This document shows positions 53,066-64,000 of a DNA stretch of 64,000 nucleotides, one piece after another. The position numbers and the translations under genes were made by a program. The notes beneath the pieces were generated by a model, which did no database searches, had not been told where the DNA came from, and saw nothing but the letters and a program-made list of their open reading frames with translations. The stretch is from Octopus sinensis. Its lineage: Eukaryota. How positions within the stretch are numbered: position 1 is the stretch's first letter; each line of letters begins with the position of its first letter. The stretch is taken from NCBI RefSeq assembly GCF_006345805.1, contig NC_043003.1, positions 103,478,001 to 103,542,000 on the forward strand, in the 5' to 3' direction.

Positions 53066-53810
53066 TTACAAAAACACGGAGTTTGATTTTGTTATCTTGT
53101 ATTTCTTCAAAAGACTTTCACACTCATCAGAGTATTCCTTTGATTCAGAATTTTGTTTGCTCAGTTTGGGAAAATGTGTGAAGCACTTTCTTTTCAATTT
53201 TGTGTGACAGTTGAAAAGCATCAATTCAAAGCTTTTGATATGAGGAGGCAAACTGGTTATTAGCTGATTGGAGCCTTGTTTTTTCAAGTTCAAAGCATTT
53301 AAATGACTAGTTCTATCTACTAAAAATGCGAAATCACTTTGAAGCTTTTTATCTTCCAGGTCTACAATATCCATAAAAATTTTCACCTTTTTCCTTCAGT
53401 TTATAACATCGCTTAAGCATTTGGGCCTTAACCACCCAACTCCACAATAGTTCAATAAATCCCCGTATTCAGCTTCAAAAATTCTTTAAATTCCCTATTA
53501 TTTAACCCTTTGCTTTTTATCAAATTAACGGTTATAGTTACAACTTTCATTACATTGCCCATCTTGAGAGATTTTGCACATAAGCTTTCCATATGAATAA
53601 AGCAGTGACACTCAAAGTTTTCAGATCCAAAAGATGCTTCTTAAATTCATTCTTACTCATAGCTACGAACCCTTTTTCATATGGAGAATCAAAATCCTTT
53701 AAGGTTGAGTCAACCATTTGAAATAAATCTTCACCTCTAGTTCTATACACTGACTTCAAGGCAAAAAATTCTTCCTGAATGTTGAAGTTTGCAGTTATTC
53801 CATACACAAT
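53066..53810 (-). mobile_element. hAT (SPIN/Buster, GTF2IRD2-like) transposase remnant
   Basis: EEFFALKS..RTRGEDLF...DFAFLVDRTSHLNALNLKKQG...HIKSF; multiple frameshifts. Confidence 0.8.
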
Positions 53811-55237
53811 TCAAATGATTAAGTACTTACACTTGATTGAAAAATCTGAACCCTAAAGGGTTAACAGCAATAGTGTTGATAGTGGCTTTGAAGTTTCGGC
53901 CAACTAAGTCTTCATCAGACTTCTGATAAACGACTTCTTTCAGTTTCTGTCTACCAAATCCACACATATATGGGCGGTTTCTTTAATGTCTACCAATTTT
54001 ATACACAAGGTATTGGTCAACTCGAATGTATAGCAGAAGATAATTCCCTGCAGTTGTGAAGTGAACTTCATGTCCACACAGCCATGTCTGTACCTTATAT
54101 CATCCTTCAACTGTTTTCCATGCTGGATGGTTTGACCAGAGCTGCACTAGGTTCCAGTTTGATTTTTTTATGGTTGGATGCCCTTCCTAACGCCAACTAC
54201 TTTACAGAGTGTGTTGGGTAATTTTAACATGGCACTAGCACGGGGCTCCCGCACAACAATCCTCTTCATCAAGGGAGTGCTGTTAACACTAATGCTGTGG
54301 AGAATGGGTCTTCTTGAGTACAGCAAGGTGCCAGATACCTCTAGATATATGATCATTTTGTGACTTCATGGGTAAGATGAAGTTCTCTGAGGCAGATTTT
54401 CTATGGCTGGATGCTGTTTTTATCACCAACCTTCAACTGTTTCCTAGCAAGGTAGTGTTTCCCCTAGCCTAGACATTCATTTACAATTAGCACATGATGT
54501 CAAGACAAGGAGGTAGACACACACCCAAGCATACACATCCACATGCGCAACCTCTCAGTTTTCATTTCCCACATTTATTCTCAAGATTGAGACGGATTTT
54601 TATAGCTGAATGTCCTTCTTGTCACCTACCCTCACCTGTTTGCCCCTTGGCTAAGCATTTCTCTTTATGGAAGCTTAGAAGTGAAGGGGACCACTTGAAT
54701 GGCAGTGATGATCATTTACAACTAATGTGATATAAAGTAAAGGAGACAGTAACACTCTGCTTCCAAGCTACATGGTTCCAGATTGAGTCCCTTTGCAGGG
54801 CACATTGTCTGCTACTATAACTTCAGGCCAACCAAAGTGAGTGAATTTGGTAGATGGAAACTGAAAGAAGCCCATCATGTGTATTTGTGTCTCCCACCAC
54901 TGCTTGACGGTCTGTGTTGGTATATTTACATCCCTGTAACTTAGCAGTTTGGCTGATAGAATAAGTACCAGGCTATAAAAAAGAAAGTACCAGAATCCAT
55001 TCATTTAACTAAAAATTCATCAAGGCAGTGCCCCAGCGTGGCCACAGTCTAATGGCTGAAACAAGTAATATATATATATAAAAATCAAATCAAAACAAAT
55101 CAAAATAGATGAACATCAATGGAATTTGTATCTTTGTGGTACCAGTGCCGGTGGCACGTGACACATAAGAAAACCATCCGAACGTGGCCGTAGCCAGTAC
55201 CGCATCGACTGGCCTCCGTGCTGTGGGCACGTAACAA

Positions 55238-55490
55238 GCACCATCCGATCGAGGCCGTTTTGCCAGCCTCATCTGGCACCTGTGTCGGTGGCACATAAAA
55301 ACACCATCCGAGCGTGGCCGTCTGCCAGCCTCGTCTGGCACCTGTGTCGGTGGCACATAAAAAACACCATCCGAGCGTGGCCGTCTGCCAGCCTCGTCTG
55401 GCACCTGTGTCGGTGGCACATAAAAAACACCATCCGAGCGTGGCCGTTTGCCAGCCTCGTCTGGCACCTGTGTCAGTGGCACATAAAATC
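55238..55490 (+). repeat. Four tandem 61-63 bp hairpin modules inside a family 5 retroposon
   Basis: Unit caccatccgagcgtggccgtctgccagcctcgtctggcacctgtgtcggtggcacataaaaaa. Confidence 0.93.
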
Positions 55491-55896
55491 ACCCACTATA
55501 CTCTCGGAGTGGTTGGCGTTAGGAAGGGCATCCAGCTGTAGAAACACTGCCAGATCTGACTGGACTGGTGCAGCTTTCGGGCTCCCCAGACCCCAGTTGA
55601 ACCGTCCAACCCATGCTAGCATGGAAAGCGGACGTTAAATGATGATGATGATGATGAAAAGAAAAGCACCATCTGAACGTGGCAGATGCCAGCGCCGCCT
55701 CACTGGCATCCATGTCGGTGACACGTAAAAAGCACCCACTACACTCACGGAGTGGTTGGTGTTAGGATGGGCATCCAGCTGTAGAAACACTGCCAGATCA
55801 AACTGGAGCCTGGTGCAGCCTCCTGGTTTCCCAGACCCCGGTCGAACTGTCCAACCCATGCTAGCATTGGAAAACGGACATTAAACGATGATGATG

Positions 55897-55935
<39 letters not shown>

Positions 55936-56976
55936 AGGAGACGCTGGAAAGCTCCTGGCTTTGGGTAAAAGAAAATACAGGATGATCAGTTGATTATGAT
56001 TTTATTCAACATATTCACACACTTATTGCAGTGGTCCTTCAGTTTTTCTAAGCCCTGTTAAAGAACTCAGGAGGTTGGACCTTCAACTAGGCCTTTCACA
56101 ATACCCTTAAAGCCAAAGCCTTTACCCCTTTGTGCACACACAATAGCCTTTCAGTTTCTGTCTAGTAAATCCTTTCACAATTGTTGATCAATGTCCAGAG
56201 GGAGAGATTGTGGTTGTTCTGGGTAAGCGCAATGCGATTGAAGTATTCACTGTGCAGGCTGTAGGAAGTGAAGGTGGTGTGCAAAACTGTTAATTCATCA
56301 GGCTGTGAACTTAATGAAAGTAAAGTTTGTGCTGATTAGCACTGGACCAACCATGATTAATAGGTAAATCTACAATCAGATGTTCGTCATGACTGCAGAA
56401 GGTCTTTTTCCCTTCCATTATATTGTCCTTCATAAGACAGTAAGTTTTGGTGAGATTAGGCTGCTATTTTTAGCAGATCTTTGAAGCTTTTCTTGAAACA
56501 GTTGTAGATTGATATTTTTTTTTAATTAAAATTTTATATTTATATATTGGATGTTTTATTCTATTTATTACTTTTCATATATTCATTGCATGAAAACGGC
56601 TGTTTTAAATGATTTCTTCAGCCTGGAATAGAAGTTATAGTACAGCCTTGAATCCTTTCAAAACCTCTTCCTGACAACCTAAGACACTTAACTCCATCTT
56701 CTCCAAATGTATTTAGCTAAGCTGTTGACATTCCTATTTACTCTGTCACCCCTCCATATTTGAGGGAGTAGTGAAATAACAATAACAAACTTATTGCATA
56801 CAGTGCTCAGATACACTACAACTCCTCAAAAAAAGGGACCAAAACTGCACTGGAAGTGAACAATAAATAAGTTTTTTGGAAAGTAAACAAAAACGAGATG
56901 GAAGAGGCGTCAGGGTTTGAGGATAGCTGTGAAAAGAATTCCAATGTCATCTGAAACATTTCTCTTCTCTTTCCAG

Positions 56977-57087
56977 GGTGGTTTTGCTAAATGCTATGAA
57001 GTCTCTGAAGTTGGAAAACCTAATGAAGTATTTGCGTGTAAGATTGTCCCCAAGGCAATCTTACTCAAAAGTCAACAACGTGAGAAG
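56977..57087 (+). CDS. PLK1: Polo-like kinase coding exon 2
   Basis: ttccag acceptor, AAG|gtaggt donor; GGFAKCYE...FACKIVPK (Polo signature, catalytic Lys). Confidence 0.96.
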
Positions 57088-57659
57088 GTAGGTATCATGT
57101 AGATCTGTTTTGAAGTGTTGGCAAATGTGAATGCTCCATGTATATGCAGTTTGTGTAATTTAATGCATGTGGGCATACTTGCTCTTTATAATGCTGGATA
57201 AGCCTGAACCCTCTCTCCTTACTCAATCCACTCCATTTCTCCCTTTTGCTCAACCCAGACGCTAATCTTTTCCCTACTTGCCATAGTCCCAACCATCCTC
57301 TCATCCCTCCCACAAAGATCATTGCCCGTGCTCTCTTCTCTCTCATTTATAGGGGCAACTTTATGCCTTTAGCCTCACAAGTTTTGAATTGATCATCGCT
57401 GGTACTGGTGATATTAAAAAAAAGAAAAGAAAAGAAGCTCCCCAAACACTCTGGAAAGTAATTGGCTTTAGGAAGGACATTCAACCCTAGAAAACATGCC
57501 AAAGTAGACCCTGGTGCCTGATGCAGTCCTCCAATCCATCAGATCCTATCTAACCATCCAACACATGCCAGCATGGAAGCTAAATGTTAAATGATAATGA
57601 TGGCATGTTTAATGTGTGCAAATACCTTTTCTCACTTCCCTCTCTCTTTCTCTCTGCAG

Positions 57660-57776
57660 ATGTTCCAGGAAATCAGCATCCATCGTTCTCTCTCACACAA
57701 GAATGTTGTACGCTTCGTGAATTTCTTTGAAGATGACAACTTCATTTACATCATCTTAGAACTGTGTCGGTGCCGT
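57660..57776 (+). CDS. PLK1: Polo-like kinase coding exon 3
   Basis: ctctgcag acceptor, CGT|gtaagt donor; [34 protein letters not shown]. Confidence 0.96.
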
Positions 57777-58760
57777 GTAAGTTTTCTTTTGCTGTGTGTA
57801 TACAACCATGTTCCCATTTTAACCATTTTAATGCCTACCTCTAATTTCAAAATACAAAGCTACCTATTCTAAAGCATTTCTATCGAAATCAAAATCTTCC
57901 ATCATAGTTTTATATAGTAACCTCTTTTTGCTATGTTCTCAAAACACTAGTTTAATATACTAATTAAAGAAAACTAGTTACTTTACTAAGTCTTCCATCC
58001 CATCCCAAAATTAAATTTCACAAAGCTGGTTAGCTTCATATAATTAGAGGGTTTCAAAACTTCAGTATATCATATCAGGGTGTCTCAGAAGATATTTAGG
58101 GTTATAACTAATCCTTCCTAATATAGGTACAAGGCCTGAAATTTGAGGGGAGCAGCTAGAAGCTTACATCAACTACAGTGTTCAACTAGCACTTCTTTTA
58201 TTGACCCTGAACGAATGAAAGGCAAAGATGGTCTCTGGGATTTGAACTCAGTATGAAGACGAATGAAATGCGTAGCATCTTCTCCGGTATGCTGACATTT
58301 CTGCAGCTTGCCACCTTCATTTTGAGTTATAAATGATATAAAACTATTAATGCAAATTTATATTAAACACCAGCAGAGTTACCTAATGTTGCCCTGGTGT
58401 GTAATATCTAGATTTTATTTTTTTATTTTTTTTTTACAACTTAGATTAACATTTTAACTGCCACGTGTACCACTGGTGGATCACTGCAAACTTCACACAA
58501 CCACCAGTGACAGGCCATGGCAAGTAAAACATGCAATGATTGTATAAATTACCTATCTATCTAGGGCAGATAAAATTCCTGAGATCAATGGACAAATTCT
58601 CTCCAGCGGTCTTTGTCCCTCATCATCACTGCCATGTCCTATGTCTCCCAGAGACCAATGTCTGCCTTTAGGGTGTCAACAAATAATGTAAATTATTCAA
58701 TGATTAAAACGTTATGGACTACTTTTCCGTAGAAATTGTGTTAATCCTTTTCATACCAGT

Positions 58761-59105
58761 CCATCCCCTCCTCACCGTGGTGGGGACACTGGCAACGGGT
58801 AGTGTCAGAGCTATGCCGTCTGGAACTTCGGTTCCTGGTAGGGCCACCCAAGGCAGATTGGTCTGACACCGAGTGGTATTAGGGCCACAACCTGGCAGGC
58901 AGGGCTCTGGTGAAAATCCTCAGAGTGTCTGTTTCGGCAACCGGCGGCTCTTCGGTCGTTCTGTCTCTGCGTCTGCGGACAATCTGCGGCAAACAGGATG
59001 TCTCTATATGCGGGATTGTTGGGGACCGCTTGTGAAATCCACATATTCCCACAAAACTTCTTCCATGAGAAGAAGCCGACTCAACTCGCCCAGGGTGAAT
59101 GTTGC
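58761..59105 (+). mobile_element. RTE-type 5' UTR fragment in PLK1 intron
   Basis: gagctatgccgtc...cctggtagggccacccaaggcag resembles RTE/Rex3-type 5' ends; ggaac-TTCG-gttcc hairpin. Confidence 0.6.
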
Positions 59106-59739
59106 CACAAGTAAATATGATAATTTTGCTGTTTTAACTCTTTTGTTACTGTATTTATTTTGAGATGCTCTGTATTTCTTTCAATTATTTTAAATATAAC
59201 AAAGAATTTAGTAAAATAACTTTGTTATCATTCAGCTAGTGTTAGGAACATAAATTGTGACTAAGGTTTGGTGGAAGATTTTAATTCAGAACTTTTGAAA
59301 ACAAGACATTTTATCACAGAGCCAGAGCCAGTTTCAGCCGGGTTGGTAATGAAATTTAATAGATTCTTCCTTATCTTAAAATTTAAATGAAACAAAGGCA
59401 GTGCCTCGTTAAAAGCATCCAGCACGTACTGTGAAGTGGTTGGCATTAGGAAGGGCATCCAGCTGTAGAAACAACCCAAATCAGGCTGAAGCCTGATGCA
59501 GCTCCCCAGCTTGCTCGCTTTGGTCAAACTCTCAAATCCATGCCAGCATGGAAAACAGACATTTAGGATGATGGACATTGAATTTTAACAAAAATATGGC
59601 AATGAAAGGGTTCAGCTTGGCCTTATGAATCCAAGGTTAAGTAAGTTCTTTGTTGTCAGCCACCTTCCAAATGAGTATCCTTGTTTCTTTCCTCTATTTA
59701 ATGAATGACTTTCATTCCACTGTTCTTTTATTTTACCAG

Positions 59740-59957
59740 TCATTGATGGAGATGCACAAACGGAGGAGGGCAATTACGGAACCGGAGACACAGTTCTTTG
59801 TCAAACAGATCGTTGAAGCATGTCAGTACCTTCATACAAACAAAGTTATCCACCGAGACTTGAAGCTTGGCAACCTCTTTTTAAGTGATGACCTTGATGT
59901 CAAAATTGGAGACTTTGGTCTTGCAACAGTCCTTGACTTTGAGGGCCAACGTAAAAA
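59740..59957 (+). CDS. PLK1: Polo-like kinase coding exon 4
   Basis: ttaccag acceptor, AA|gtaag donor; [16 protein letters not shown]...[12 protein letters not shown]...KIGDFGLAT. Confidence 0.97.
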
Positions 59958-60187
59958 GTAAGATTAATTAGCTATCTTCATAATTCTTCATACTTCATGT
60001 CATTGTATGTGTACAAGAGTGCTCAAACATTTGTAATAACCTTTTTGTGAAAGAAACTAAGAGACGTTTCATAATGGATTATTTTGAGGGTTTGTTTACA
60101 TAAATTTAATGTCTGAAGTCTTATGTTGCTTCATTTTCCTGTCAATTTCTTGCACTCTGTTCTAGCAATTATGTAAGAGTGTGTATG

Positions 60188-60273
<86 letters not shown>

Positions 60274-60395
60274 ATTCTATCAAATGAGATTGATAGAATA
60301 AGCAACAGGCTTTAAAAAGATATGTACTGGAATCGATTTGTTGGACTAAAATTCTTCAAGGTGATGCTCCAGCATGGCTGCAGTCTGATGACTGA

Positions 60396-60617
<222 letters not shown>

Positions 60618-62096
60618 TAAGTATGTCAATTACTAATTTATGGTTTGTGTTTATGTATGTATGTGTGTATATATATATATAATGTGTGTGCTGGTGGCAT
60701 GTAAAAAGCACCAACCAATCGTGGCCGTTGCCAGCCTCCCCTGGCACGTAAAAAGCACCCACATCACTCTCAGAGTGGTTGGCGTTAGGAAGGGCATCCA
60801 GCTGTTGAAACTCTGCAAAAATAGACAATTAGAGTCTGGTGCAGCTCTCCAGATGGCCAGCACCTATCAAACCATCCAACCCATGCCAGCATGGAAAATA
60901 GATGTTAAATGATGGTGAAAAGCTAAAAAAAAAATATTACAAATATTATATACCATTATTGTATAAAGGTTATTTACTAATGATTCTGACCTGTAAATTT
61001 ATCAATATATTCCTATACAAGCAAATACAATATCTGTATCATCTTCTAACAACCAAGACCCAACCTCTCTTGTGGCTAAGTTCTGCCCCCTACTTACATC
61101 CAAGGCAGCATCATTACCAGTTTCCTCCTTTACACATAGCAGAGATCTTTCATACCCTCTCTACATTGAGCAGTTGACTGCACAAACCCAACAGTTTATG
61201 AAGAGGATTCTGTCCAAATTGCAAGGAACATGTAAATTCTGCAAACTGAAATGAAGGGTACCTGTTTAGGAGTGGTAATCCTGAATAAAACTGAGAGGAA
61301 ATTTAACAGACAACCTTTATGCTCTGCCACTTTTTAACCCCTTACTGAGTTTTGTCTTGGTAACTGAAGATTCCCCACTACACCACAGCAGCAGCCTTAG
61401 AATATTGCTTTGATCAAGGTGGTACTCTAAGCATCCTTTATGTGGAAAGAAGTGGTTCCAGAGTTGTAGTGTAGGTGTCCGATCTCGGAAGTTGTGTACA
61501 CCAAACAAATTCAACAATACATTGTTGCAGACATGGCTGTGTGATTAAGAAGGTTACTTCCCAACTTCATGGTTTGGGGTTCAGTCCCACCGTATGGCAA
61601 CTTGGGCATGTGTTTTCTGTAAACCTAGGTTGACCAAAGCCTTGTGAGTGGACTTGGTAGACAGAAGCCTGGCATATTGTATGTGTCTTCTTGCTTTGAC
61701 ATTACTGGATTGTGAATGAATGTCCTTCATTTCCAATATTCTGTGAAATGTCTGGGCATTGGAAAATATTCCCTTGCATGAAGGTTGGCAGCAGGAAGAG
61801 CATCTGACCATACAACACTCCCTTAACAAATTTCATGCAAGCATGGAAAGGTGGACATTAATGAGTGGTGGTGATAAAAATGGCTCTCCATTCAATCACA
61901 AGGGTGGTACCTTGGCTATTACAAGCCACAGCAGAGACAACCTGTCTTGGAGAGCAATAACTTTGAATAAAAAACTGAACTGGTACACAGGATAGAAGGG
62001 TCTCTTTCATTCTGGCGACCTGATTAAATGCACCCAGCAGTAAAGTGGGTGGTTCTCAAACTTTCCTTTTGATAAAATCCTTTCTTCCACTTCCAG

Positions 62097-62293
62097 GTAC
62101 ACATTACTGGTCGGTAAGCCCCCATTTGAGACTTCTTCTCTGAAGGATACTTACAGCAAGATCAAGAAGAATGATTATGACATCCCTGGTCATGTGAGTC
62201 CAAAAGCTCGTAACCTAATCCAGAAGCTGCTCGAAGCTGAACCACATAATCGACCAAGCATGGATCAGATAATGGCATTTGAGTTCTTCAAGG
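62097..62293 (+). CDS. PLK1: Polo-like kinase coding exon 6 (gene continues beyond the window; Polo boxes not seen)
   Basis: ttccag acceptor, G|gtaagt donor; YTLLVGKPPFETSSLKDTYSKIKKNDY...RP. Confidence 0.96.
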
Positions 62294-62365
62294 GTAAGTA
62301 TTGGTTCCACCTGTTAAAGTTACCATGTTCTGCAACTCTCAGATGTCATGACTTTAATTTGTAAG

Positions 62366-62418
<53 letters not shown>

Positions 62419-64000
62419 TTTTTCTCCTTAGGTGTTCCCTTTATCATCTAAACAGACCCACATCTGGCCCAAATAGTTTACCCGTTTTCTGTTCAAACTG
62501 GTCAGGTCTGGCCTTTCACACCTACCCTGCAATGTCATTCTAAAAATAAGCAATCACATCTTTTAAATCTTGGAGCTACAAGATGGTTTGATTTTCTTTC
62601 TTTTTTTTTTATGTGAATAAATAAGTATTACATCTGAGAGAATAATTTGAATGCTAAAAGGTTATAGGAAAGTTTACCGAGAAAATGTATCCATTATATC
62701 TCACCAGTAATAGTTAAAAACTATTTTATTGAAAAAACAAAAAACAAGTGAATTGATGATGGTGGTCTTCTAACATGAGTAATGTTAACTATTGTCTAAT
62801 TTTCAATATGTGTTCATGATTTGATCCCAGAGGGAAAACAAGATGTCCCTCAATCAATTGATTAATTGTATCACATTAGGTAGATACCGGTGTCATTATG
62901 TGGCAGGAAATTTGCCTCCCAATTACATGTAGCAACCTCTGGGCTTCTTTTAGTTTCCGTCTACCAAATCCACTCAACCTGAGACTATAGTGGAAGACAC
63001 TTACCCGTGGTGCTATGCAGTGGGACTGAACCTTGTGAGTGGATTTGGTAGATGGAAACCGAAAGAAGCCCAGAGGCTGCTACATGGGCACTTGAAAAGC
63101 CATAAATAGTTGTGAAATATTTTTTTAATTTCACAACAATCCTTAAAAAAGATTTTTTTAAATAATTCACATAAATTGATGCTGTCCTATGTACTTGTAA
63201 AAAGGTGTCAAGTGGGAATACTTTTAATCATAAATTTACCTTTTGAGTGAAAATTTGTGGCAACCTGTCATATGCATGCGGTGACTTTGTTAAAGTTGCT
63301 AAGTACTGAGGTTATTATAATATAACTTACTACACAGAGAAAAAAAAACACATATGACTGTATATTTCAGCTCTGGAGGCCTATAAATACATAAAACTAG
63401 GCAGAGGAAGCTTTATAAAGTTGGGGCAACAGCTTGCTCACAACGAGAGGAAATAACTCTAGCAATCTGTGTACTGTAATCCCTTGCCATATTGTGGTTC
63501 ACCTATCATGCACTCAGTACATCACTGATTTTTCTGGTTATCATCATCGTTTAACGTTCGCTTTCTATGCTAGCATGGGTTGGGCATATGACTGAGGGCT
63601 GGCGAACCAGATGGCTGCACCAGGCTCCAATCTTGATGTGGCAGAGTTTCTACAGCTGGATGCCCTTCCTAACGCCAACCACTCCGAGAGTGTAGTGGGT
63701 GCTTTTACGTGCCACCGGCACAGGGCCAGTCAAGCGGCACTAGCAACGACCTCGCTCGAATCTTTTACACATGTCACCGGCACAGGTGCCAGTAAGGCAA
63801 TGGTTGGTAACAATCACGCTCGAATGGTGTCTTTTACGTGCCACCAGCACAGAGGCCAGGTGGCCGCTCTGGCATATGTAAATTTATATCGTGGGTTTCT
63901 GTGGCCTATAGGTATTTAGATTTTAATTATTACTGTGGGAGGTTTTGGAACATAACACTCGCGATAGTCGAGGGATTATTGTATTATTTATTGTAGATGA

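Noticed and set aside
53885-53945. Type III hammerhead on the minus strand
   Set aside because: The apparent stem III strand comes from an adjacent SINE, stem II has a mismatch and there is no valid stem I; at best a decayed type I.
55238-55490. CRISPR-like appearance of the 63-bp array and its 21-aa repeat ORFs
   Set aside because: Units are contiguous and near-identical with no unique spacers, no cas genes, eukaryotic intron, and part of a dispersed retroposon.

Overview
Eukaryotic, AT-rich, microsatellite- and SINE-saturated animal DNA; repeat content looks most like a coleoid cephalopod (Octopus-like; inference, not searched). Three spliced genes are visible. (1) A + strand gene of unknown identity with short phase-0 exons (654-716, 5395-5460, 11741-11806 and candidate flanking exons); two exons are paralogous and the second is bracketed by a 142-bp inverted repeat with only 3 mismatches. 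(2) A complete 5-exon PINX1 (G-patch) gene on the - strand (47967->36241, about 557 aa). (3) The first six coding exons of a Polo-like kinase (PLK1/polo) on the + strand from 49705, head-to-head with PINX1 and continuing beyond the window. Introns and intergenic DNA hold decayed Gypsy, R4/Dong-like, Tx1/L1, RTE, Tc1, mariner, hAT, Helitron, MULE/piggyBac-type MITE and Penelope-like (GIY-YIG) elements, and at least five recognisable type I hammerhead ribozyme motifs plus several degenerate ones. Most ORF-track entries are microsatellite artefacts. All alignments and folds were done by eye.
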